Shown: piece by piece, positions 28,181 through 37,498 of the stretch
Position numbering within the stretch: the stretch's first letter is position 1
Layout of the letters: the number at the start of each line of letters is the position of its first letter
Assembly: GCA_965225945.1 (NCBI GenBank)
Contig: CBDDBZ010000032.1
Span: 32,001 to 96,000 of the forward strand
DNA from: Alphaproteobacteria bacterium
GTDB taxonomy: Bacteria; Pseudomonadota; Alphaproteobacteria; GCA-2731375
Length of the DNA stretch: 64,000 bases
Reading direction: 5' to 3'
Made by a program: the position numbers and the translations under genes
The notes under the pieces: generated by a model
The model's input: only the letters and a program-made list of their open reading frames with translations
What the model was told of the DNA's origin: nothing
The model's database searches: none

Positions 28181-28935
28181 CTTGCCTATCCGGTTATCAC
28201 CCACACCCACTATATGTAGTGTGTCTCCTTGGACTGCAGGCAAGGGCCGGCGCAGGCGCATTGAGGAGGCGATCCGGCTAATTCTTGATTGTTCTGAAAA
28301 CCGAACCGGAGTTTAATTCACGTCACGTATTTAACATCGGGGGACGGAACGGTGGCGACCAAGGGAAAAACGAAGAAACCCACGGCCAGACGGGAAGCTG
28401 CTGATGAAACGACATCGTCTGAGCGATTGACGGCACTAGTCGAAGAAAGCGACGCGCTGGCACGAATCGTTGCGAAGAACCCGTCCGCGCCTGTTAGTCT
28501 CCTGCGCGTTTTGAGTCGCAGCGAAGACGAAGCGACACGCAAGAACGTGATCCTCAATCCGTTTACTTCATATGACGTATTGAGCGAACTTGAAAACCAG
28601 TTCACAGAGCTATTTGTGAATAATCCGGCACTCGAATCCTACAATTCAATGAAGCTCTGATTTCCTGGAATATTCCATCGGTGTCGTTCACCTCCGATTT
28701 CAGATAAATTTCAATGAAGTGACGGTCCTTTATGCAACGTGGCGTTTTGCCAAATCCGACTCAATGATTAGGATTTCCACCACGCTAAAGTGTCGCCTAA
28801 AAGGCGCTACAATGCCGTCCGAGTCCCTGCTCGGCATCGCCGGAGATATCTCCGCTTCGACCTGCACCGAGCTTTACTCAGGAAAATGGGTGCACACTAC
28901 ATATAGTGGGTGTGGGTGATAACCGGATAGGCAAG
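28181..28935 (+). mobile_element. non-autonomous IS1595-derived cassette, copy 1 (755 bp)
   Basis: 43-bp perfect TIRs cttgcctatccggttatcacccacacccactatatgtagtgtg; outer 15 bp shared with the adjacent IS1595; lower-GC interior. Confidence 0.92.
28352..28660 (+). CDS. passenger protein, leucine-rich-repeat-variant (LRV/HEAT-like) helical repeats, 102 aa
   Basis: repeated VAKNPSAP..LL..L, VILNPFTS..VL..L and VNNPAL; GTG start with GGGGGA RBS; identical protein at 43234-43542. Confidence 0.6.
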   Translation: MATKGKTKKPTARREAADETTSSERLTALVEESDALARIVAKNPSAPVSLLRVLSRSEDEATRKNVILNPFTSYDVLSELENQFTELFVNNPALESYNSMKL

Positions 28936-28943
28936 GAATGAAC

Positions 28944-30048
28944 CTTGCCTATCCGGTTAACGCCCATGACCGCTACATGTAGGGTGCCGCCACTCTCCCG
29001 AGTAAAGCTCGGCATAGGTTGGAGCAGAGGTGTCGCCCGCGATGCCGAGCAATGAGCGGAAGGCGTTGAACGGGTAGAACCGCCTGTTGAAGCGGAAGGT
29101 GAACTCGTTGAGGTAGGCTTGTAGGTGCTGGTGGCTAACGCCGTGGTGGATACCGATCAGCCACGTCTTCAGGTTGGCGAAAACCAGATGGATGATCGGC
29201 AGGTATTGCTCGGCAACCTCTGGATCACCACACTCGGCAACAGCGAAGTGCTCATAGCCGCGCTTACCGAGGCCAGCATAGCCGCTCCAATCGTCAGTAA
29301 CGATCAGCGATCCCGGCGCGACGGTGCTCTCGACGAACCCACAGAGCGACTCGGCGCTACGGTCGAGCACGACGGCGAGCCGAACGCGTCCGGCATAGCG
29401 TCCGTCTTTCCGGTTGTCGAGCTTGGTGCCCGGCTTTCGATGACGCACCTCGATGGCACAGGAGACGAGAACCTTGTGGTGAACACCACGGCCTTCCCCA
29501 CGCGTTCGCCCGCCAACCCAGGTTTCGTCCACCTCAACATGGTTCTTGGGCTGTCCACCGATCCTGTCTTGGTTGGGCCGCACCATGCCCGAGCGGAGCT
29601 TGTGGAGAATTTGAAAGGCCGTCTCGTAGCGCGAAAGACCAAGTTGCCGCTGAAACTGCACGGCGGACATGCCGGGCGTCTGACTGGCGACCAGATAAGC
29701 GGCCCAGAACCAGACGTTCAGCGGAGTGTGGCTACGCTCCATCACTGTTCCCACCGTCAGCCCGGTGTTCTGGCGGCACTTGCGGCAGCGCAGGACGCTA
29801 GGGCGGTTTTCAAAGTGGAACGGCTCTCCCGCCGTGCCGCAGTGCGGGCAGGCAAAGCCGTCTCCCCAGCGGGCTTTCTCCAGGTAGGCGGCGCAGGCCG
29901 CATCATCGGGGAAAAGTCGCTGGAACTCGGGTAGCGAATGCGGGAATGGGAGATCGGCGCGGTCGAGAACATCCATGGCGCGCTCCCCTATATCCGGTTT
30001 GCGCCCATTCTAGCCCTAGTGGGTGTGGGTGTAAACCGGATAGGCAAG
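28944..30048 (-). mobile_element. autonomous IS1595-family element (1105 bp)
   Basis: TIRs cttgcctatccggtt at both ends; flanks gaatgaac and gatcagtc are not duplicated. Confidence 0.92.
28957..29976 (-). CDS. IS1595-family transposase
   Basis: zinc ribbon CPHC...CRKC, VEVDETWVGG, TDDWSGY and HHGVS.QHLQAYLNEFTFRFN. Confidence 0.95.
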   Translation of the reverse strand: MDVLDRADLPFPHSLPEFQRLFPDDAACAAYLEKARWGDGFACPHCGTAGEPFHFENRPSVLRCRKCRQNTGLTVGTVMERSHTPLNVWFWAAYLVASQTPGMSAVQFQRQLGLSRYETAFQILHKLRSGMVRPNQDRIGGQPKNHVEVDETWVGGRTRGEGRGVHHKVLVSCAIEVRHRKPGTKLDNRKDGRYAGRVRLAVVLDRSAESLCGFVESTVAPGSLIVTDDWSGYAGLGKRGYEHFAVAECGDPEVAEQYLPIIHLVFANLKTWLIGIHHGVSHQHLQAYLNEFTFRFNRRFYPFNAFRSLLGIAGDTSAPTYAELYSGEWRHPTCSGHGR

Positions 30049-31352
30049 GATCAGTCATCCTCTGCTTTCCAAGTGATGTAGGGTTTTTCGGTGGTTTCCC
30101 ATTTCTCGTCGATTTCGACGAGGATGGCGGTGACCAGACGTTCGAGCGAGGCCTCGTTGGGAAAGACCCTGACCTTTACGGTGCGGCGCTTGATCTCCTG
30201 CTGGATGGATCGCTCCATGGGGTTCGAGGTTCGCATGCGCTTTTGGTGGCGCTCGGGCAGGGCGAAGACGGCGAGGCCCTCGGGGATCGCCGTCTCCAGC
30301 CAATCGGCGAGCTTGGGGGCGCTGTCGCGGTAGGCCGCCACCAGATGGCCCAGCTCGGCCTCGGCGGCCTTGCCGTCGGCGGCGTTCCAGACCCGGCGCA
30401 GCTCCTTGCCGATGGCCTTTCGGATGGCGAGGTTGGGGGCGTGATGGATGGCGTTTTGAGCCAGATGGTACTGACAGCGCTGCCAGACGGCGCCGCCGAG
30501 GACGGCCTTGCGCGCGGCGCCGAGGCCTGGATGATCATCGGAAACGATATAGGCGACACCGCGCATGCCACGGGCAACCAGGGTCTCCAGGAAGGCGCGC
30601 CAGTGCACTTCGGCCTCGGAGAGCGCACAGGAAACACCGAGCACCCGGCGGCGCTGGTCGGGGCCGATGCCGATCACCGAGAGCACGGCGGCGTCGCGCA
30701 CCACGCCACCCTCTCGGACTTTCTCATAGCGCGCGTCGAGGAGCAGGTAGCGGATCTCGCCCAGCGGCCGGTTGCGCCAGGCATCCAGCTCCCCATCCAA
30801 GAGCTTGGCGGCGCGGCTGACCTGGCTCGACGACAGGCTCTCCAGGCCGAACTCGCGCATCACCGCCTCGGCGTCACGGGTGGAGACGCCTTTGATATAC
30901 ATCTCCGCCACGGCCAGCATGACAGCGCGGCAGGAGCGCCGTCCGCGCTCCAGGGCTTGGGGGTAAAAAGGCGCCTCATGACCGGCGGTCTTGGGAACCT
31001 CGAGCCTCACCGTACCGGCCGGGGTGTCGATCTTCTTGGGTCTGGTGCCGTTGGCGTATCCCCGCCGCTCGGGCGTGCGCTCATAGTGGCCGGCGCCCAA
31101 GAACCTCTCCCGCTCGATCCGCATGGCGAGATTGAAAAGGCCGGCGAAGACCGTCGCCATGTTCTCGCTACCGCCTTCGATCAATTGTTCCACCAAAGCC
31201 TCGACAGCGCTATCCTGGTCTTTCCGCATACTGGTTCTCCATGTTTGTTTGGACGCTTTCATGGATAACCAAAATGACGGATCGCCCCGCGCCGGGGTAT
31301 ACCCCGGCGCGGGGCGAAGCCAAATTTCCAGACCTCACGCTACACAAGCATC
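30049..31352 (-). mobile_element. IS256-family element type 1, copy B, right IR replaced by the IS1595 end
   Basis: near-identical to 26793-28138 but starts at gatcagtcatcc, just past the transposase stop. Confidence 0.9.
30051..31262 (-). CDS. IS256-family transposase (one residue different from copy A)
   Basis: same translation except LVAGGMRG versus LVARGMRG. Confidence 0.95.
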   Translation of the reverse strand: MKASKQTWRTSMRKDQDSAVEALVEQLIEGGSENMATVFAGLFNLAMRIERERFLGAGHYERTPERRGYANGTRPKKIDTPAGTVRLEVPKTAGHEAPFYPQALERGRRSCRAVMLAVAEMYIKGVSTRDAEAVMREFGLESLSSSQVSRAAKLLDGELDAWRNRPLGEIRYLLLDARYEKVREGGVVRDAAVLSVIGIGPDQRRRVLGVSCALSEAEVHWRAFLETLVARGMRGVAYIVSDDHPGLGAARKAVLGGAVWQRCQYHLAQNAIHHAPNLAIRKAIGKELRRVWNAADGKAAEAELGHLVAAYRDSAPKLADWLETAIPEGLAVFALPERHQKRMRTSNPMERSIQQEIKRRTVKVRVFPNEASLERLVTAILVEIDEKWETTEKPYITWKAEDD

Positions 31353-31430
31353 GCCCAAGCGCTGGAGCTTATCGCGTAACGCCGTTTCCTCAGCCTGTAT
31401 CGCACCCGGTTCCTTGGACACAAGTTTGTC

Positions 31431-32342
31431 TCATGCGGCGGGCCTGAGTGACATCGCGGTGTGCCACGCCTGACGAGCTTGAGCGGGGCTCAGGTAGCCG
31501 TTCTTCTCCACGATCCACTGGGCATTGTACTGTTCGACGAACCCGCGGACGGCGTTCCGCAGCTCCGCGATGTTGCGGTAGATGCGGCCATGGATGATCT
31601 GTTCCTTGAGCGTGCGATTGAACCTCTCGGCGACGCCGTTGGTCTGGGGCTGTTCGACGAAGGCGTAGGACGGCTGGATGCCCCAGAACTTGATCTGGTT
31701 GGTGAAGTGGTCCGACAGATACTGGGAGCCGTGATCCATCCGCAAGGCCAGCCCCCGCGCCGCACCGGCGGAGGTCGAGGCATACAGCCTCGCAAGCCCC
31801 ATGGAGATCGGCTGAAGGGCGGCGAAGCGGTCGCCTCGCTTGCACACATGCCAGCCGACGCACTCGGCGTTCCAATGCTCGATGGCGGTGAATATCCAGC
31901 CCCAGCCGTCGTCCACCGTGAACACCCGAACGCCGTCCGTGCCCCACATGAGGTTGGGGGCATGGGTGATGATCTCACCGACATGGGGATTTCCGCCACG
32001 GCGGCGGCAGCGATGGGGCGAGAGCAGGTTGTTCTCGCGCATCACCCGGAGCACCCGCTTGCGGGAAACACGGATGCCACGACAGACCCGAAGCCGAGCC
32101 CAGACCTTGCGGTGTCCCTCGCCCTCCCAGGGGGATGCCTCCAGGTCGGCCTCGATGGCCACCAGCAGAGCCTCGTCCGAGATCGAGGGCTTCGGTCCCC
32201 GGCGCTTTGCTGGTGGGCGCTCAGCGGTGGCCTGCTGCCGGGATTTCATGGCGTAGAACGAGGAACGGGCAAAACCCCAGGCCGCACAGACCCGCTGGAG
32301 GCCGTAGGCCAAACCCGTGCCGGGAGAGGTGGCGGCACTCAT
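31431..32342 (-). CDS. DDE transposase OrfB (rve integrase core)
   Basis: WGTDG, RMDHGSQY and TNGVAERFNRTLKEQ. Confidence 0.92.
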   Translation of the reverse strand: MSAATSPGTGLAYGLQRVCAAWGFARSSFYAMKSRQQATAERPPAKRRGPKPSISDEALLVAIEADLEASPWEGEGHRKVWARLRVCRGIRVSRKRVLRVMRENNLLSPHRCRRRGGNPHVGEIITHAPNLMWGTDGVRVFTVDDGWGWIFTAIEHWNAECVGWHVCKRGDRFAALQPISMGLARLYASTSAGAARGLALRMDHGSQYLSDHFTNQIKFWGIQPSYAFVEQPQTNGVAERFNRTLKEQIIHGRIYRNIAELRNAVRGFVEQYNAQWIVEKNGYLSPAQARQAWHTAMSLRPAA

Positions 32343-32770
32343 CGCCGCGACCTCCGCCGCCCCAAAGGGCCGGACGTCTCCGTCTTGGCCTCCAGCAGTT
32401 CCACCTGCATGATCAACTCCCCGATCCGCTTCATGGCGATGTCCAGTTCCGCCTTTACCGGATCGCCCTTGCGTTCCTTGAGCGAGGCATCGATCCCGGC
32501 GATCGCCTTCTCACGCCACTGCTCGAGCCGGAAAATCTCCACGCCCAACTGCCGCGACAAAAGTTCCACCGGCTCGCCACGCAAAAGCCGCAGGGCAACC
32601 TCACGCTTGCGCGTCACCGTCCACCGCTGGCCAAGTCCCAGCGGGCCTGCCGGCGAAACCTGGCCCGGGGAAAACGTGGACGAGCCAAGCTCGCCCTCGT
32701 TTACCACAGGCCCATCAACAGCAACTTTGTTTTCAAAATTGTCGGTCATGTTCCGGTCCTCCTTGGACAC
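32339..32770 (-). CDS. transposase OrfA (HTH)
   Basis: RWTVTRKREVALRLLRGEPVELLSRQLGV plus leucine zipper; ATGA overlap with OrfB. Confidence 0.85.
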   Translation of the reverse strand: MSKEDRNMTDNFENKVAVDGPVVNEGELGSSTFSPGQVSPAGPLGLGQRWTVTRKREVALRLLRGEPVELLSRQLGVEIFRLEQWREKAIAGIDASLKERKGDPVKAELDIAMKRIGELIMQVELLEAKTETSGPLGRRRSRR

Positions 32771-32815
32771 TTCGATTAAACCAATTCTGTGTCCAAGGAA
32801 ATCGGGTCCGACTCA

Positions 32816-33336
32816 CCGTTTCCTCAGCCCTCGGCCTCGATGCCCGCCAATGGCGGTGAAAGCTCGATCGGCTCAGCCCCATCAGATCGCACATCCGTCC
32901 CATGCTCAATCCGCCTTGCCGCCGCGACCCGGCCCGGACGAGGCCGAAGACGCGCTCCCGCCAGAGCGACCGTTCGCTCCGCGGCAGCTCTCCGAGAGCC
33001 GCAAGGCTTGCCTGAAAAAATCCGCTTCCAAGGCCTGCTGGCCGACCTTCCGCTCCAGCTCGGCGATCCGCCGGCGCGCCAGGCTCAGGGCATCCGGCCG
33101 GACCGCCGGAACAGCACTTTCGGACCCGGCGCGGAGGCATCGCGCCACTCGTAGAGCAGCTTGCGCCGGACCTCGAGCTCGCGTGACAGCGCCGAGACGT
33201 TCTCGCCCGACTCCATCCGCGCCAGCGCCGACAGCTTGAAGTCTCGGCTGAAACGCCGTGCACCTTTTCGTTCCATCAGTTCCTCCTCGGAAGAACTGTC
33301 ACTCATTTCTCTGTGTCAGGACAGGGGTGCGGTCCA
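32816..33336 (-). pseudogene. remnant of a second IS3-family element (frameshifted OrfA, interrupted OrfB)
   Basis: left IR tggaccgcacccc at 33336; RRFSRDFKLSALARME and RRIAELERKVGQQALE in different frames; OrfB resumes beyond the nested element (AEETALRDKLQRLG) until cut by IS256 copy B. Confidence 0.85.
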
Positions 33337-33916
33337 TTCTGCTTTTTGGTCCGTTCCGCCCAATAAAGTACAATGACCCCTTTTCTCCCGCAAATCCGTG
33401 AGGAACCTTTTTTCTGTGGACTTCACCGAAATGGATCTTTTCACCTATGCTGATAGCCACCCCGCCTATGGCGAACTCGCGGTCATGCCGAAGGGCGGCT
33501 GTCCCCTGTTCCTGCACCCGGATTACGTGATTGTGGCGGGCGGGTAATTAGTGGCCTAGCCAGGATGATGCAACATGTATAGATCAACAGCGCTGATGAT
33601 TGGAACTTGTGTCTCTATTTTATCGTTCGGAATCGTGAATGCTCAGGAAAAGACCAGGGAGTATCGGGCCGATTCTATTGAAGTTCTTTCGAACAGCGGA
33701 ACGATGAGGTATCGGAGCGATTATGTTGTTACACAAGTCACCGGGGTTGTTGGGAAAGCGGGGATACCTGATGTTATTAAACAAGGAGATACCATTACCG
33801 TTCAGGATAGAACCCTTAGGGCCAGCTTCATTTTTGTGACCGAATGTTTGGTGGAAATGAAATGGGGCGGACAGGTACTTTGTGCTAAAGGGCAAATACA
33901 ATGCCTGGTAGTCGAA

Positions 33917-35367
33917 GGGGATGTCCCGGGCTCTGTTGAAAAGCTGAAGTAGGCGTCGTCCGCCTGGAGCCGCTAGGCTCTGGGTGCTGATTCCATCAAG
34001 GAGAACGACGCCATGACCAAGACTACACGCAACGACCGTTCCTCGGAACCATCCTGTCGGCTCTTGCCATCGATGCCGGAGGCCTTCGACGATCTGCGCA
34101 TGAGCGTCGATCGCTTCTGCCTTTTGGCGGGCCTCGAGTCTTTGAACGAGATGATGTCGGCGGACGCGGAAGCCTTGTGCGGTTCGCGCCACGCCCGCTC
34201 GGGCGAGCGCAAGGGCCATCGATGGGGCACGACCCGGAGCGAGATCGCCTACCACGGCGGCAAAGTGAAGGTCGAGCGCCCTCGGGTGCGGGACTTCGCG
34301 GGTCGGGAGATGAGCCTGCCGAGTTGGGAGCTGCTGTCGGAACCCGAACTCTTGCAAGCCTGGGCGATGAATCTGATGGTGATCAACGTCTCGACCCGCA
34401 AGTATGCCCGCGCGGTGCGCCTGCCGGACGATGCGGGCGGCGATCTGCCGGCGGCATCGGGTGACGCAACCTCGAAGTCGGCGGTCTCGCGCCGTTTCGT
34501 GGCGTTGACGCGAAGCAAGCTGAAGGCCTGGCTGGCGAGCCCGCTCGACGATCTCGATCTCGTGGTGCTCCAGATCGACGGGCTCCATGTCGGCGATCAC
34601 CTGATGGTGGCGGCGATCGGCATCGACACCGGCGGCGCGAAGCACGTGCTGGGCCTGGCCGAGGGCGCGACGGAGAACGCGGCCACGGTGCAAGCCATGC
34701 TCGACAACCTGATCGAGCGCGGTCTCGATCCCGAACGGCCTCGGCTCTACATCGTCGACGGCGCCAAGGCGCTCTCGAAGGCGATCCGGCGGACCTTCGG
34801 GCGGGCGGCGGCCCTCCAGCGCTGCCAGGTGCACAAGGGGCGCAACATCACGGACCGGCTGGACGAGAGCCTCCATGCCGGCGTCAGGAAGGTCTTGCGG
34901 CAGGCCTGGCAGCAGGACGACGCGGCCAAGGCCGAACGGCTCTTGCGCAACCTCGCCCGCCGTCTGGAGCATGACGCACCCGGCGTCTCGGGCTCGATCC
35001 TGGAGGGCCTGGACGAGATCCTGACCGTGATCCGGCTCGGCCTCCCGCCGCAACTTCGACACTCGCTGGCTTGCACCAACGCCATCGAGAACGCGATCGG
35101 CACCGTCCGGACGGTGCAGCGGAACGTCAAGCGCTGGCGCAACGCCGAGATGGCGCTGCGTTGGACCGCCGCCGGCCTCTTGGAGGCGCAAAAGACCTTC
35201 CGCCGCCTCAAGGCCTACCGCCAGCTCCCCGTCCTTGACGCCGCCCTGCGGGAGGCGGTGAGAAAGGCCGGAGCAAAGTCCGTCATTGAAGACATCGAGG
35301 TGGCCGCGTAGCCTCTCGATCAGACGATGCCTATCTCGCACTTTTCAACATTGGGCGGGACATCGCC
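33917..35367 (+). mobile_element. IS256-family element type 2, intact with 8-bp target duplication
   Basis: IRs ggggatgtcccgggctctgttgaaaag and ggcgatgtcccgcccaatgttgaaaag; TSD tagtcgaa at 33909-33916 and 35368-35375. Confidence 0.95.
34013..35311 (+). CDS. IS256-family transposase
   Basis: NVSTRKY, LQIDG, IVDGAKAL, QRCQVHK and CTNAIEN. Confidence 0.95.
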   Translation: MTKTTRNDRSSEPSCRLLPSMPEAFDDLRMSVDRFCLLAGLESLNEMMSADAEALCGSRHARSGERKGHRWGTTRSEIAYHGGKVKVERPRVRDFAGREMSLPSWELLSEPELLQAWAMNLMVINVSTRKYARAVRLPDDAGGDLPAASGDATSKSAVSRRFVALTRSKLKAWLASPLDDLDLVVLQIDGLHVGDHLMVAAIGIDTGGAKHVLGLAEGATENAATVQAMLDNLIERGLDPERPRLYIVDGAKALSKAIRRTFGRAAALQRCQVHKGRNITDRLDESLHAGVRKVLRQAWQQDDAAKAERLLRNLARRLEHDAPGVSGSILEGLDEILTVIRLGLPPQLRHSLACTNAIENAIGTVRTVQRNVKRWRNAEMALRWTAAGLLEAQKTFRRLKAYRQLPVLDAALREAVRKAGAKSVIEDIEVAA

Positions 35368-35766
35368 TAGTCGAAAGGCTCGAAGACATACCATCCGATA
35401 CAAATGACTATCGTTTATGGATCACTGTTGATCATTGCCGGCCATCCTTCTTAAAAGGAACGAGATGAGGCGTTGGTAAAACCAAAAAAAGGGGCCATTG
35501 TTTCCGTTCTCGCCTCTCGGAAATCTGGACCGGCCCGCACCCAATTCCTCACGGACGGTTGCGTCGCGCCATGTCCGTGTCACTGACTGCGGCGAGCGAC
35601 GAGTGCCAGTCACGACTCGAATGAGCGACGCGACGCGCCACCTCCACACGGCATCGGCTTGCCTCGCCGGCGATCGGCGGCCGCGACGTGGCGGGCGACT
35701 TCGTCGATTGGGGGGCGTCGCCGCCCCTCCCCGCGCGCCCATGCGGGGAAGGGCGAGGTACCAAAT

Positions 35767-37419
35767 CTAAGTCGAATACTGCGCGAAGACCTGGGTGCCG
35801 GCGCGGGCGCGGTAGTCGGTCTTGATGTTGACGAGGGCGACCATGCCCTCGTCGACCTTGGCCTGCGCGCGCTCCAACGCCGGGCGGATCTCGGCCGGCT
35901 CCTCGACGTATTCACTGTAGCAACCGAGCGCCTCGGCCACCTTGTCGTAGCGGGTGTAGCCGAGTTCGCGGCCGGGCTTGACCCCGTCGGGATCGGCCGT
36001 CCAGCCGCCGTTGAGGCTGATCACCACCAGCACCGGGATCTTGTGGCGAACGGCGGTATCCAGCTCCATCGCGTTCAGGCCGAAGGAGCCGTCGCCGTGC
36101 ACCACGATCACCTGGGTGTCCGGCTTCGCCACCTTGGCCCCGAGGCCGAAGGGCAGGCCCACGCCCATGGTGCCGAAGGGGCCGGAATTGAGCCGGTGGC
36201 CCGGCGTATAGGTCGGCATCGACTGGCGGCCGTAGTTCAAGATTTCCTGACCGTCGACCACCAAGATGGCGTCGCGGTCCATGAAATTCTTCACCTCCTC
36301 ACACAGCCTGAGCGGATGGATCGGCACCTCGTCCGAGACCGTGTTGGCGCCGGGCCGCGAACGCTTCTCCGCCTCCTGCTCGCCCAACTGCTTGCGCCAG
36401 GCCTGGTAGGTGTCGTTGTTCACCTTGCCGTCGAGCCTCTCGATCACTTGGTTCAGCACCGCCTTGGCATCACCGACGATGCCGATGTCGATCGGCCGCG
36501 GGCTGGTGCTCACCTCCTCCTCGTCGATGTCGATGCGCACGATGGTGGCGTCCGGGTTGAAGCGCGGTGGTGCTGCGTGGCCGATGATGTAGTTCATCCG
36601 GGTGCCGACCACCATGATCAGGTCGGCCTCGCGGAAGGCGGTCGAGCGCACGGTCATGTAGCAGTAGGGGTGATCCTCGGGGATCACGCCGCGGCCCTGG
36701 GGCGTGGTGTAGAAAGGGATGCCGGCCACGTCGACGAAGGCGGCGAGCTCCGCCGAGGCATCGGACCACAGGATGCCGCCGCCGGAGACGATCACCGGCC
36801 GCTCGGCCTTGGCGAGTGCCTCGACCAGTCGTTCGATCAACGCCGGATCGCCGTGCGGGCGGGCCCTGGCGAGCGGGCGGCCGGAGAGCGTCCAGTCGAT
36901 CTCGCTCTCGTCGATCTTCTGGTAGAGCACGTCGCCCGGCAGGTCGAGATAGACCGGCCCGGGCTTGCCGGCCATCGCCTTCTGGAAGGCGACGTTGACC
37001 ATTTCCGGAATGCGCTTGGGCTGATAGACCCGCTCCGCCCACTTCACGCAGGGCCGCATGAAGGCGACCTGGTCGATCTCCTGAAAGACCTGGCGGCCAT
37101 AGGTGCCATAGGGGCTGGAGCCGCCGATCGCCACCACCGGCACGCAGTCGACCAGCGCGTTGGCGATGCCGGTGACCAGGTTGGTGACGCCGGGTCCGCT
37201 CGCGGCCATGCAGACGCTCGGCTTGTTCAACAGCCGGCTATAGGCCTGGCTCATGAAGGCGGCGGCCTGCTCGTGGCGGACGTCGAGCGGGCGGATGCCC
37301 TCCTTGATGCAGGATTCCTCGGCGAGCAGCATCGGCCCGCCCATGATGAAGAACAGCGTATCGACGCCTTCGCGCTTCAGCGCCTTGGCGAGAATTTCCG
37401 AGCCTGTGAGTTCCGCCAC
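35767..37419 (-). CDS. TPP-dependent enzyme, oxalyl-CoA decarboxylase / 2-hydroxyacyl-CoA lyase-like
   Basis: RHEQAAAF, SGPGVTN, FQEIDQ, GTMGVGL and GDGSFG...NGG; next to frc. Confidence 0.82.
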   Translation of the reverse strand: MAELTGSEILAKALKREGVDTLFFIMGGPMLLAEESCIKEGIRPLDVRHEQAAAFMSQAYSRLLNKPSVCMAASGPGVTNLVTGIANALVDCVPVVAIGGSSPYGTYGRQVFQEIDQVAFMRPCVKWAERVYQPKRIPEMVNVAFQKAMAGKPGPVYLDLPGDVLYQKIDESEIDWTLSGRPLARARPHGDPALIERLVEALAKAERPVIVSGGGILWSDASAELAAFVDVAGIPFYTTPQGRGVIPEDHPYCYMTVRSTAFREADLIMVVGTRMNYIIGHAAPPRFNPDATIVRIDIDEEEVSTSPRPIDIGIVGDAKAVLNQVIERLDGKVNNDTYQAWRKQLGEQEAEKRSRPGANTVSDEVPIHPLRLCEEVKNFMDRDAILVVDGQEILNYGRQSMPTYTPGHRLNSGPFGTMGVGLPFGLGAKVAKPDTQVIVVHGDGSFGLNAMELDTAVRHKIPVLVVISLNGGWTADPDGVKPGRELGYTRYDKVAEALGCYSEYVEEPAEIRPALERAQAKVDEGMVALVNIKTDYRARAGTQVFAQYST

Positions 37420-37498
37420 CGTTTCCTCCCTCGTGACAGTGAATGGATCACCGCGCGCGAGTTCGCGCGCGGCGGTGAACAGCTATCGGGGGCGACGG

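Larger units (their letters stand above)
31396..32815 (-). mobile_element. IS3-like two-ORF element (1420 bp) flanked by a 14-bp direct repeat
   Basis: IRs tgtatcgcacccggttccttggacac and tgagtcggacccgatttccttggacac; ccgtttcctcagcc at 31382-31395 and 32816-32829. Confidence 0.88.
33575..35468 (+). pseudogene. low-GC secreted hypothetical protein (about 144 aa) split by IS256 type 2
   Basis: signal peptide; removing 33917-35375 rejoins ...QCLVVE to RLEDIPSDTNDYRLWITVDHCRPSFLKGTR* in frame. Confidence 0.8.

Noticed and set aside
28719-28919. 66-aa ORF in the cassette as a second passenger gene
   Set aside because: Its 3' half is the transposase tail remnant reached through a frameshifted junction; no independent support.
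35558-35636. Imperfect hairpin downstream of the TPP-enzyme gene as an attC site or ncRNA
   Set aside because: Pairing is loose in GC-rich DNA, with no convincing attC core sites and no integron integrase.
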